The translations under genes were made by a program, and so were the position numbers. A stretch of 64,000 nucleotides of DNA, from NCBI RefSeq assembly GCF_947500795.1, contig NZ_CANMTE010000007.1, forward strand, positions 12,456 through 76,455, read 5' to 3'. Below, in pieces: positions 30,712-40,671 of this stretch. This stretch comes from an uncultured Gelidibacter sp. Lineage in GTDB: Bacteria > Bacteroidota > Bacteroidia > Flavobacteriales > Flavobacteriaceae. Within the stretch, counting starts at the first letter, position 1; every line of letters starts with the position of its first letter. The notes beneath the pieces are model-generated. The model saw only the letters and a program-made list of their open reading frames with translations. It had not been told where the DNA came from and searched no databases.

Positions 30712-32625
30712 TTAGTTCTTTTTAGCCCACCATAATGGTGTAGAAACCTCATCAGGACCGCCTAATTTATCAACAGCTTGTCCATATCCAGTTGGAATAT
30801 TACTTCCAAAGTTAGATGGGTATTTTAAACGCTGTCCATAGAATTTAACGCTATTGGTCAGGTAATTTCCAGGTGTTAATTCTGGCATATTGGTTAAAGG
30901 TGTTTCAATTGCTGGATTTTCAAAGAATGGTAACCCAAGTCTTCTGTGGTCACTCCAAGTTTCCAATGGCAACCATGGCGTTTGAGCAATGAACTTTTGA
31001 GTAATAATCTTAGTTAACAGATCATTCTTTACTGTTCCATTCTTATAAATAGTGTTTTCAGGATACTTTAAAGTATGTGTTCCTGTAGCACCAGTATAAC
31101 CATCTTTGTAAGTCATAGTCACTGTTGCAGGTGGCTCAGTAGTATGTGTCCAACTTACTGACGTCCCTACTCTGTTATAATCTTGCGAAGTAAGATAAGT
31201 GTCTAATTGAGCAGACACGCCATTGTAAGCAAAACTATCAGCAATACCTTGCTCATAAGCTACTTGACCGCTCATTGGAACATTCCAACCTCTTACTGCT
31301 GCTTCAGCAATTAAGAAATAAGATTCCCATGATGCGAAAAAGATTCTAGCACTACTGCTATTTCTGTATTTATTGGCCAAACGTGGTAAAGTTCCTGTGT
31401 AACCGTATACTTTATTCTTAGCACCTTTAGTTCCCCAGTTACCTCCTGCGTAAGCATTCCATGTAAAAGCGGCATCTATTTCTTTAACCACATTATCAGA
31501 ACCGTCTACAAGAGTTCTTTTAGTAGTTCTGGCACCATTGGTCCAAGATGGGTAAGAGTTGAATTCAGGATCATTAAAATCTCCAGGAATTACAAATAAA
31601 TCATAGGCTCTTGGATCGATTTTGTTATGCAAACCATCAAAAAAGAACCCTGCAGATGGATCATTCGTCATGGTTGTAAAATGGTCAGCAAACTTAAGCC
31701 CCATATAATTTGCTGGCTTAATGTATTGTTGTTTATCAGCCGATAAAACAGCTGAAGATGGTACACCACCTAAACCAATCATTAGGTTGTTAAGTGTTGC
31801 AGATACTTCATGATCCCACCATTCTCTTGTCATCACACCAGTGTAGTCATTCCATCCTGGAATTTCTTTCACTTTGAAATTATCAGCTGCTACTTTAATA
31901 AAGTCATCAGCTACTGCACTTTCAAACTCTGTTCTTGCTTTTTCTGCATCAACTTCAGACAAACGCATCGCTAAACGCATTCTTAAAGAGTTTCCGTATT
32001 TTTTCCATTTCGCATAATCATACCCATAAGCTGGATCTAATTTTTTTAATGCGTCATCAGGATTTGAAATATCAAGATTTAGTGCATTTGTAGCTTCTTT
32101 TAACTCTTGAAGCATGTAATAGTACACATCCTTTACTTCACTGTATTGTGGATTTTCACCTTGGAAACCATCAATTGGAATTGGTCCAAAGTTATCAGTC
32201 ATTTCGCTCATCACATAGGCGCGCCAAATTCTTGCCACTTCCTTAAGATTTGGAGTGTGCTCTCTATATTTGCCAGATGCGATTTGATTTTCAGCTACTT
32301 TTATCCCAGCATTGATATTTCTTAACCAAGAGGATACATAACCATTAAAATAATCACTTGTCCAACCATCATTTTGACTGCCTTCAGATAGCGTTCCAAC
32401 TCTAGTCATTCTACCAGCATCATCCCAATACAAAACGAATACACGCTCTGAGATATGTGGATTTTGTTGCGCTCCTCCAATAGAACTATTGATAAAATAT
32501 TCTATCTGTACCTGCTCTTCATTTGCCGCGACCGGGTTGACGTTTATTTCTTCAAACTCAGAACATGATAGAAATGCCATTAGCACTCCACCCATCAAGC
32601 CTGCTTTTTTTAATATTTTCTTCAT
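30712..32625 (-). CDS. susD: SusD/RagB-family glycan-binding lipoprotein
   Basis: Lipobox FLSC; SEMTDNFGPIP, KWKKYGNSLRMRLAMRLS, IITQKFIA, WSDHRRLG; directly downstream of susC. Confidence 0.95.
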   Translation of the reverse strand: MKKILKKAGLMGGVLMAFLSCSEFEEINVNPVAANEEQVQIEYFINSSIGGAQQNPHISERVFVLYWDDAGRMTRVGTLSEGSQNDGWTSDYFNGYVSSWLRNINAGIKVAENQIASGKYREHTPNLKEVARIWRAYVMSEMTDNFGPIPIDGFQGENPQYSEVKDVYYYMLQELKEATNALNLDISNPDDALKKLDPAYGYDYAKWKKYGNSLRMRLAMRLSEVDAEKARTEFESAVADDFIKVAADNFKVKEIPGWNDYTGVMTREWWDHEVSATLNNLMIGLGGVPSSAVLSADKQQYIKPANYMGLKFADHFTTMTNDPSAGFFFDGLHNKIDPRAYDLFVIPGDFNDPEFNSYPSWTNGARTTKRTLVDGSDNVVKEIDAAFTWNAYAGGNWGTKGAKNKVYGYTGTLPRLANKYRNSSSARIFFASWESYFLIAEAAVRGWNVPMSGQVAYEQGIADSFAYNGVSAQLDTYLTSQDYNRVGTSVSWTHTTEPPATVTMTYKDGYTGATGTHTLKYPENTIYKNGTVKNDLLTKIITQKFIAQTPWLPLETWSDHRRLGLPFFENPAIETPLTNMPELTPGNYLTNSVKFYGQRLKYPSNFGSNIPTGYGQAVDKLGGPDEVSTPLWWAKKN

Positions 32626-32643
32626 AATTTATTCATTTAAAAT

Positions 32644-35600
32644 TTAGAAACTTAACGATACATTTAAAAACACACTACTTGTAGTAGGTGATGATAGGTA
32701 TTCAAAACCTGTTGCATTGGTTGATGTTGCAAAAACAGATTCTGGATCAATACCGTTCAAGTTGTTTTTTATCATCCATACGTTATTAGCCGAAAGACCA
32801 ACTTTAGCACTTTGAAGTCCTGTATTACCTAACCATGATGATGGCAGTGTATAGTTTAAGTTAATATTTCTTAATCTTATGTTTGTAGCATCATAGATGT
32901 TTGCTTCATTGATACCCAAGTTTCCTGATCTTCCTGTAATTTGCTCCCAGTAACGTTGTGGAGAAACTGCCGTTGTATTAGCTGTATATCCTCCATTTCC
33001 ATCACTTACAACACCATCTACAATAATATCATTACGCTCTCCATTAACCACTGTAACGGCTGCATTTCCTGAACGTTGTAAAGCGTGGTTTGAACCTGAG
33101 AATATTTCTCCACCTAAACGTGCATCAATCAATACTCCTAAAGATAAGTTTTTGTAGGTAAACGTATTTGAGAAACCAACCATAGCATCAGGCTGTTGTT
33201 CACCTAATTTGAATTTTTCACTGCTGGCAGTAGGTATTCCGTCGCCATCTACAATAATTTTACCAAAATTAGGACTAGTTTCATCTTGAACTCTTGAGAA
33301 TCTTGTTCCCCAAATTTCACCGTAACCACCACCTTCAACAGCTAGAACAGATAAATTGTCAAAACCTCCTAAACCGTATTGTGTAACATCTTCAGACAAA
33401 CGCTCAATAGTGTTGTCGTTTTTAGAATAGTTGATGCTTGATTCCCAATTGAAGCCTTCTGGATTGTGAATGATTTTTCCGCGAAGTGCCAATTCAAAAC
33501 CTTTATTTTGAACATCACCTGCGTTTACTTTCTTAGAGTTATAACCACTTAATGGATCTAGAGGCAATGAGATTAATTGGTTGGTAGCGTTAGATTGGTA
33601 CCAAGCAAAATCCAATGCCAAACGGTTATTAAAGAATCGTCCTTCAAACCCAATCTCTTTAGATTTGATCAACTCACTTCTTAAATCTGGATTGTATAGC
33701 GTATTATTAGTTCCTGCAGTAGTATTTCCATTAGGATCAGAACCTATAGAATAGAAATTATATAATTCATAAGGTCCTAAATCATTACCTACAGTTGCAT
33801 AAGATGCTCTAATTTTACCAAAGCTTATCCAGCTTGGTAATTCTGAGCCACCTTTAGTTAACATTTCTGTAAATACAAATGATGTACTAACTGATGGATA
33901 AAAGAATGATCTGTTGTCTTTACTTAAAGTTGAAGACCAGTCGTTACGTCCTGTAAAATCCACAAATAAGAATCCGTCATAATTAACTTGGAAGGTTCCG
34001 TAAAGAGAGTTTGTTCTTCTTTCTGATGAACCTTGGTTTACACCTGGGCTGTTCACACCGTTATTCAATGAGAATAAGTTAGGCACCACAAGCTCTCCTG
34101 AACTACCGCTGATATTGTTAGATCTTCTTGCCATTAAATTTCCACCAAGAGTAATCGCACCACCAAATTTACCAACAACGTCATCCTGACTTGCCAATAC
34201 TAAGAAGCTGTAGTTTGTTTCAATAAAAGAATCTTTACCAAAATCATATCTACCTGTGTTATTACCTGGGCTACCAGAATATAATTTAGATTCTGAAGTT
34301 GTCGTATATAAATCTGCTCCAGCTTTAATTTCAGAACTTAACCAATCATTGAATTCATATTTCAAAGATCCATTTAATAAGAAACGATCTCTTGCATCAT
34401 CACTTAATCTGTTTTTAGCAGACCAATATGGGTTTTCTGCATTTTTATCAATAAACCATCTCATTTTTCCGAATTCATCTGAGTGGTTCTCAAATTGAGT
34501 CACATCTAAAGATACCGGTAAACGTGCAATGGTACCAAATGCGTTATTAACGTTACTACCATTTAAAGGTCTGTTTTCTGCTTTTGCATTAACATACTGT
34601 ACTTTAACATCTGTAGTCCATCTCTTATCTTCACCAAATTTAGATACCGCTCTTGTCATTAAGTTCAAGCGCTCCAAAGTAGATCCAGGGATGTTACTAT
34701 CATCATTTAAATAGTTAACTGAAGAGTAAAGTGACGTACCATCTGATACTTGTTGTTGAAATGAAAGGCTATAAGTTTGGTTAAAACCACCTTTATAGTA
34801 GTTCCCTAAATTGTCATAAGCACGTAAAGTAGTTTGCTCATTTTTCCAATCTGTTACCGTTTGTCCTTCAATTCTAGGACCCCAGCTTACTGTTGATTGA
34901 GCACCGTAAACACCTTCACTACCCTGTCCGAAAATTGTTTGAGTATCAGGCTCAATAAACAATCTTTCAAAACTAGTAGTTGCAGAGAATGTAATCCCTA
35001 AACCTTTTCTTGCTTTACCTGTTTTTGTTGTGATTAAGATAACACCGTTACCCGCACGAGAACCGTACAATGCCGCAGCAGATGCACCTTTTAAAACCGT
35101 CATGGTTTCAATATCGTCTGGATTTAAATCTCCAAGACCGTTACCCATATCTTGAGATGGGTTAAAGAAATCGGTATTGTCAGCACCAGTAAAGTTGTCC
35201 ATAGGAATTCCGTCCACCACAATTAAAGGTTGATTATCTCCAGTAAGTGAACTGTTTCCTCTTAAAACAATTTTTGAGGAACTCGCAGGTCCATTACTAC
35301 CTTTAATAACCTGAACACCCGCAATCTTACCTGATAAAGCATTGACTACGTTGGTTTCTCTGGCTTCTGTTAAGGCATCACCCTTAACTTCCTGAACCGC
35401 ATATCCTAAAGATTTACGATCTCTTTTAATCCCAAGAGCGGTAACTACCACCTCATCCAACTGACTAACATCTTCTACAAGCGACACATTAATGGTGCTT
35501 TGCCCATTAACACGAATTTCTTGTGTTGCGAAACCGATGTAAGAAAATTGCAAAGTGCTTGCAGCATCGGATACTTCAATACTGTAATTACCATCAAAAT

Positions 35601-35766
35601 CCGTTGTTACCCCTTTGGAAGTGCCTTTTACGATCACACTAACGCCCGGAAGTCCCAAATTACTTGCAGCATCTACAACAACTCCTTTTACCGTTGTTTG
35701 TGCTTGCATACCATAAGTGCAAAGAACGCCTAACACAAACAGTAAATTAAGTACCTTTTTTGTCAT
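32644..35766 (-). CDS. susC: SusC/RagA TonB-dependent transporter
   Basis: TDFDGNYSI, LDEVVVTALG, PLIVVDGIP, LKGASAAALYGSRAGNGVILITTK; C-terminal Phe. Confidence 0.97.
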   Translation of the reverse strand: MTKKVLNLLFVLGVLCTYGMQAQTTVKGVVVDAASNLGLPGVSVIVKGTSKGVTTDFDGNYSIEVSDAASTLQFSYIGFATQEIRVNGQSTINVSLVEDVSQLDEVVVTALGIKRDRKSLGYAVQEVKGDALTEARETNVVNALSGKIAGVQVIKGSNGPASSSKIVLRGNSSLTGDNQPLIVVDGIPMDNFTGADNTDFFNPSQDMGNGLGDLNPDDIETMTVLKGASAAALYGSRAGNGVILITTKTGKARKGLGITFSATTSFERLFIEPDTQTIFGQGSEGVYGAQSTVSWGPRIEGQTVTDWKNEQTTLRAYDNLGNYYKGGFNQTYSLSFQQQVSDGTSLYSSVNYLNDDSNIPGSTLERLNLMTRAVSKFGEDKRWTTDVKVQYVNAKAENRPLNGSNVNNAFGTIARLPVSLDVTQFENHSDEFGKMRWFIDKNAENPYWSAKNRLSDDARDRFLLNGSLKYEFNDWLSSEIKAGADLYTTTSESKLYSGSPGNNTGRYDFGKDSFIETNYSFLVLASQDDVVGKFGGAITLGGNLMARRSNNISGSSGELVVPNLFSLNNGVNSPGVNQGSSERRTNSLYGTFQVNYDGFLFVDFTGRNDWSSTLSKDNRSFFYPSVSTSFVFTEMLTKGGSELPSWISFGKIRASYATVGNDLGPYELYNFYSIGSDPNGNTTAGTNNTLYNPDLRSELIKSKEIGFEGRFFNNRLALDFAWYQSNATNQLISLPLDPLSGYNSKKVNAGDVQNKGFELALRGKIIHNPEGFNWESSINYSKNDNTIERLSEDVTQYGLGGFDNLSVLAVEGGGYGEIWGTRFSRVQDETSPNFGKIIVDGDGIPTASSEKFKLGEQQPDAMVGFSNTFTYKNLSLGVLIDARLGGEIFSGSNHALQRSGNAAVTVVNGERNDIIVDGVVSDGNGGYTANTTAVSPQRYWEQITGRSGNLGINEANIYDATNIRLRNINLNYTLPSSWLGNTGLQSAKVGLSANNVWMIKNNLNGIDPESVFATSTNATGFEYLSSPTTSSVFLNVSLSF

Positions 35767-35978
35767 AATATTATTTTAAGATTAATTTAACAGAATAAAT
35801 GAATAGAAAATATTCATCAATATTAAATTTTTTCGACTAATGACATTTTAATGCGGGAGTTCGGCGTTGTAGAACGCTTTTTAAGATAAATATTTTAGAA
35901 AAATCAAAAATATAGTGTGCTTACATTGTGATTTTGTCAGTCATAACCATATTTTTCTAATGATGTCACATTTAATAT

Positions 35979-38900
35979 TTATTTAACACGCGTTGTAAAT
36001 CCTACTGCACCAACACCAGTATTAGCATCTACAAGCCATGGCCCGCGATAAGGCATTTTAGTGTTTGGATATGTATCTCCTAAAAGATAGGTAAGAAGAG
36101 CACCTTTTTTAATGCGTTTTCCATTTAGGATGATGTGCAACTTTTTAGGGTTTTTAGAATGGACTTTCAACTCAGAAATTGAAGTAATTTTTTTAGAATT
36201 GATTGCAAATAATTGATCTTTTACGGAATAAACATGACCGTCCACTTTTAAGTCTGGCTGAATGGCTATAGGCTTGTCAAATTCGATAATTAGGGATTTA
36301 GCCGATTCTCGTGTTGCGCTCACTAATTGCGGCGCTTGATAGTCTACGGTGCCGTTATAAAAATCGTATATCGCCAAATTTGAAATCCAATCCGCCAACA
36401 CCTCATAACCATGCGCGTGGTAATGGCAGCCGTCTGACAAAAAATAATTGCCATCAAATAAAGGATTTTCTGGGAATCCATGACGCGTAATGATTTTCAC
36501 TTCTGAATGTTCTTCAGCAAATTGTCGTTGTGCTTCTCTCACCGTTTGATGCCCGCTTGATACGCTACATCCTGGCGGGGTTTGAACCACGTAAAATTTT
36601 TCAAATGTATAATCTGATTTGAGATTTTCATACAATTGATAAAGTGCGTTTTTATAATCAGACACCGAATCGCCCGCGTTACTTTCACCTTGATTCCAAA
36701 TAAATGCTTTGATGTAGTGCTTTAGTCCCGATGCGTCTAATTTGTGTTGCAATCGCCCGTAAGCTGCATTTAAACCATAATCGTTTTTTTGATAGGATGC
36801 AATGGCACCACCTCCGCCTGCACCGTTAATGATGGCGATGGGCACATTTTGAGAAGCTACTAAATTCAGACCAATATTCGAACCCAACACGCCCACCATG
36901 CCGTTGCCAACACGCTCTCCTTTCCCAACAATATCTGGTGCTTTCCCACTGGCTATATACCAGTCTGAGTTTTCAGCTTCAGGATAGATGGCTGGACTAT
37001 TGTACAAATGCATGGCACCAATGGTTCGCACCCATTGTGCATTTGAAGACAAACTTTCTTGATTATACACATTATCATAATCTATAGCCCAAGCGTTAGA
37101 TTGGCCACTTAACACGTACACATCACCAGCAGTGATATGCGTGGCTTTTTTAATCAGATAATCTTCATTTTCATGCTTAGCGAAGAGTTCAATGGTATAA
37201 TTGTGTTTTAGGGCTTCAATTTTTAAAGGAAGTGAAAAAGCACCATTTACACCCATGGCATGCTTCGTAATAATTCCCTTATCACGATGTACTTTTATAA
37301 GGATACTATCCACGCTACTGTCGGCAATACCAGAAACAGTTATCGTGGCGTTGTTAGTCGCATCTCTTGCATAGAGCTGATTGTCTTTGGGGAATTCAGT
37401 TACGGAAACCTTTGGCTCCGTATTAAAAACAGCTCTGAATTTTAAATCGTCCACCTCCTTAACAGCACCATTTTCTAAATGTATTGGCACACAGGTGAAC
37501 ATCCACTTCCATGAATTCTTATCTTGAGGAATTTTTAAAAGCACTTTATTCCATCCTTTTTTAAGGGCGATTTTAGTAGGTGCTCTAAAGAAATAATCTT
37601 CGTCTATAAATGGGATTTCGTCAGTTCGGGTACCTAAATTAGGTTGCTTCCAAACGGGCGGCGCTATTTCTGTTCCATTCACCCAAATTTTAGGATTGGT
37701 GGTATGCCATTGCCCCTGATCAGGAAATGGGCCTACACGTCTTCCGCCGGAGCGCGACCAACCCTGAAACCCTAACCAGAAATCCTGTACCCGATCGTCA
37801 GGCGCATAAATCTCCGTATAGGCATAATAGGTTCCTGTTTGGTCAGTAGTTAAAGCTGGAAATCCGAAAAAATGTTTAAAATGCGTCGTCCCACCAACGA
37901 TAGGTTGTGACCATTTATAATCTTTTCTGTCTATTTTATATAAAGCGACCAAGGAATCCTCAACTGGGAATCGCAGGTTCACATCGCCATTATGTTTAAA
38001 CGGCCCGATGACGTTCCATTCAAAGCTCGTTTGACGTACATATTGAAATTCTTTTCCATTAAAGAATAGGTCCCGGTGAGTGACGACTTTGTCTTCAAAC
38101 GCTATAAATTCCTTTAATTCTTTTGAACCGACTGGTGGCAACTTCGCCCAATATTCGAGCTTATTTTCTGCGCGTCCTTTCCAAATCGCATCCGCATAAA
38201 ACACGATGGATGGATAAATCGGATTTTGAATTAATATATCGCGCTCCTTGGCCACATTATTATCGGGCCACGCTGCTAAAATGCCGCCCAAGGCTAGAGC
38301 ATCACTTTGTGGTTGACGCGTAGGCTGTTGAAAAAACACCCGCGCCATTCCCGCAAAAGGATCTAAATGATTGATATAATTGGCGCGCGAATCTATAAAA
38401 CGATGTCCTTTACGTGGCGAGTGCTGTGCCCATAACTGATTGATGGAAGTGGAATCGTCTTCAATTTCAATGCCTTCTTTCCAAACAATAAGCTCTCTGT
38501 TTTTAGATTTGACACGATCCATGATGGTTTTGATAAACCCGTCTGGAACATATTCTTCCTTATTTCTAACTTCATCCGTACCAATATGAATGTACGGCAT
38601 CTCATCAGCGCTTGCCAAACCCATCAATTCATCAAACAAGTCCAATAAAACAGGGAGCGCCCGCTCATCTTTCATGTTTTCAAAACCCATCGCGTTTCTA
38701 AAAGCACGCGAATGTCCTGGAATATCAAATTCCGGAATCACGGTAATATGCCGTGCTTTACAAAATGCCAAAATCTCCTTAAAATCGTCTTGGGTGTAGA
38801 ACTTTCCTTTCCCTCGTGACGTAGCGTCTTCATTCTGCAATTGCGGATACAACTTACTCTCAAGTCGCCACCCTGGATCGTCAGTTAAATGCCAATGGAA

Positions 38901-39461
38901 TACATTGTATTTGTATTGGGACAAAACTTCCAACTGCTCTTTTAATTGGGCGACCGATTGGAAATTTCGGCCGGTATCGTGCATAAATCCTCTGATTTTA
39001 AATGCTGGCCAATCGGTGATTTGCAATTGTGGGATGACACCATAATCGTTCTGCTGTCTGAACACTTGTTGCAATGTTTTTATAGCATAATACGCGCCTT
39101 TTGCAGTGGTGGCCCATATTTTTATCTCAGAATCGAGTTGTATCTTATAGGCTTCTTCAGCATTATGAACCGGAATATGCTCCTGGATCATCTGGATTTT
39201 TAAACCGTCCGACGCTTCTGAAATACCATTGTTTTGGAAAAACGATTTCAATTGATTAGACTCACTGACAAAATCAGTTTTTACAATTTGAAAGGTCTTA
39301 AAGCTCACTTCACTCTTTCCGTATTCAATTTCCTGAGGTGTTGGTATGATGGGATACTTCTTCTCTAGAATATTTTTTTGAGTGGTACCAGCATAAACCT
39401 GGATCATCCCTATAAGGATGAATGCCACAATGCACCCAATATTTTTATAAGATAGATTCAT
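35979..39461 (-). CDS. Fusion: GH20 beta-hexosaminidase plus C-terminal SASA/CE6-like SGNH O-acetylesterase
   Basis: GH20: RGFMHDTGRNF, HWHLTDDPGWR, PEFDIPGH, IHIGTDEV. SGNH: VLSGQSNA, GAGGG, WNQGESN, DGCH. Probable start MNLSY at 39461 (ORF track 39491 overlaps GH27). Confidence 0.85.
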   Translation of the reverse strand: MNLSYKNIGCIVAFILIGMIQVYAGTTQKNILEKKYPIIPTPQEIEYGKSEVSFKTFQIVKTDFVSESNQLKSFFQNNGISEASDGLKIQMIQEHIPVHNAEEAYKIQLDSEIKIWATTAKGAYYAIKTLQQVFRQQNDYGVIPQLQITDWPAFKIRGFMHDTGRNFQSVAQLKEQLEVLSQYKYNVFHWHLTDDPGWRLESKLYPQLQNEDATSRGKGKFYTQDDFKEILAFCKARHITVIPEFDIPGHSRAFRNAMGFENMKDERALPVLLDLFDELMGLASADEMPYIHIGTDEVRNKEEYVPDGFIKTIMDRVKSKNRELIVWKEGIEIEDDSTSINQLWAQHSPRKGHRFIDSRANYINHLDPFAGMARVFFQQPTRQPQSDALALGGILAAWPDNNVAKERDILIQNPIYPSIVFYADAIWKGRAENKLEYWAKLPPVGSKELKEFIAFEDKVVTHRDLFFNGKEFQYVRQTSFEWNVIGPFKHNGDVNLRFPVEDSLVALYKIDRKDYKWSQPIVGGTTHFKHFFGFPALTTDQTGTYYAYTEIYAPDDRVQDFWLGFQGWSRSGGRRVGPFPDQGQWHTTNPKIWVNGTEIAPPVWKQPNLGTRTDEIPFIDEDYFFRAPTKIALKKGWNKVLLKIPQDKNSWKWMFTCVPIHLENGAVKEVDDLKFRAVFNTEPKVSVTEFPKDNQLYARDATNNATITVSGIADSSVDSILIKVHRDKGIITKHAMGVNGAFSLPLKIEALKHNYTIELFAKHENEDYLIKKATHITAGDVYVLSGQSNAWAIDYDNVYNQESLSSNAQWVRTIGAMHLYNSPAIYPEAENSDWYIASGKAPDIVGKGERVGNGMVGVLGSNIGLNLVASQNVPIAIINGAGGGGAIASYQKNDYGLNAAYGRLQHKLDASGLKHYIKAFIWNQGESNAGDSVSDYKNALYQLYENLKSDYTFEKFYVVQTPPGCSVSSGHQTVREAQRQFAEEHSEVKIITRHGFPENPLFDGNYFLSDGCHYHAHGYEVLADWISNLAIYDFYNGTVDYQAPQLVSATRESAKSLIIEFDKPIAIQPDLKVDGHVYSVKDQLFAINSKKITSISELKVHSKNPKKLHIILNGKRIKKGALLTYLLGDTYPNTKMPYRGPWLVDANTGVGAVGFTTRVK

Positions 39462-39468
39462 TATTTTT

Positions 39469-40656
39469 TTATTTTGACAATCGGTAGACAATCACATCTC
39501 GAGATGGCACCTCAATAGATAATTTCGAACTTGTATTGCCCATCATTTTGTCTTCCCATAAATCTTTAATTTGGTATACGTTCTCTGCTGAAAAATCTTT
39601 GATGTTGATTTTTGTCCAATCCACTTCATAGGTTTTAGTAGCGATGTCTCGATTAAAGAAGCAAATGGCAATGTCGCCGTTAGAAAGCGGTTTTTGCCAA
39701 ATTTCAAAATTTCCAAGATCAACAATTTTAAACCCTTGTTTTCCCAACACATCCTGATTGACTTCTAATAATCCTTTATGGGTTAAAATATGCTGATCCG
39801 TAGCATTCATAGTGCGTAAATCGTTGCCTGCCATTAAAGGTGCTGCCAACATACACCACATGCTAAAATGTGCTCTTGCTTCGTTTTCAGGCATCCCATT
39901 GTTGCCCACAGCCAACATATCCGGATCATTCCAATGTCCCGGTCCCGCATATTTTTCTAAGCCAACTTGCATGTCAACCAAGTCAGACCATCCAATCAAA
40001 TTACCCCAAATATTGCCGTCATAGCGGCCATTCATATCAATATCTAAGGTCGTGCGCCATAAGTGACCCACGTCCTTACCCCATTCCCATGGTTTGTTTT
40101 CACCCCATTCGCACAGGCTAAAAACAATAGGTCGGCCTGCTTTATATAGCGCGTCTCTCATAAGTGTATAGGATGCTATGGCATCTTGGCCTTCCGTAAA
40201 GCACCAATCGTATTTTAAATAATCAACACCCCACTTGGCATAGGTTTCTGCATCTTGCATTTCAAACCCTTTACTTCCAGGACGCCCAGCACAAGTTTTT
40301 GTACCCGCATCAGAATAGATGCCGAATTTCAAGCCTTTAGAATGCACATAATCAGCCAAACTTTTAATCCCTGATGGAAATTTCTCCTTATCAACAATGA
40401 TATAGCCGTTATCATCACGACCTATCTGCCAACAATCGTCAATAACAATGTATTCATACCCAGCGCCCTTAAGCCCCTTTTCAACCATAGCATCAGCCAT
40501 CTCCTTAATGACGGTTTCATTGACACCCTCACATTCAAAACTGTTCCAACTATTCCAACCCATTGGTGGTGTTTGTGCTAAATTTTCGAATTTTTGTGCC
40601 GTACTTTTGGTGGCGAAACCAAAGGCTAAAACGATTAAAAGAAACTTGATTTTCAT
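39469..40656 (-). CDS. GH27 alpha-galactosidase / alpha-N-acetylgalactosaminidase
   Basis: TPPMGWNSWN, YIVIDDCW, YLKYDWC nucleophile, WRTTLDI acid/base, WNDPDML; signal peptide. Confidence 0.95.
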   Translation of the reverse strand: MKIKFLLIVLAFGFATKSTAQKFENLAQTPPMGWNSWNSFECEGVNETVIKEMADAMVEKGLKGAGYEYIVIDDCWQIGRDDNGYIIVDKEKFPSGIKSLADYVHSKGLKFGIYSDAGTKTCAGRPGSKGFEMQDAETYAKWGVDYLKYDWCFTEGQDAIASYTLMRDALYKAGRPIVFSLCEWGENKPWEWGKDVGHLWRTTLDIDMNGRYDGNIWGNLIGWSDLVDMQVGLEKYAGPGHWNDPDMLAVGNNGMPENEARAHFSMWCMLAAPLMAGNDLRTMNATDQHILTHKGLLEVNQDVLGKQGFKIVDLGNFEIWQKPLSNGDIAICFFNRDIATKTYEVDWTKINIKDFSAENVYQIKDLWEDKMMGNTSSKLSIEVPSRDVIVYRLSK

Positions 40657-40671
40657 GGTTATATATTTTTT

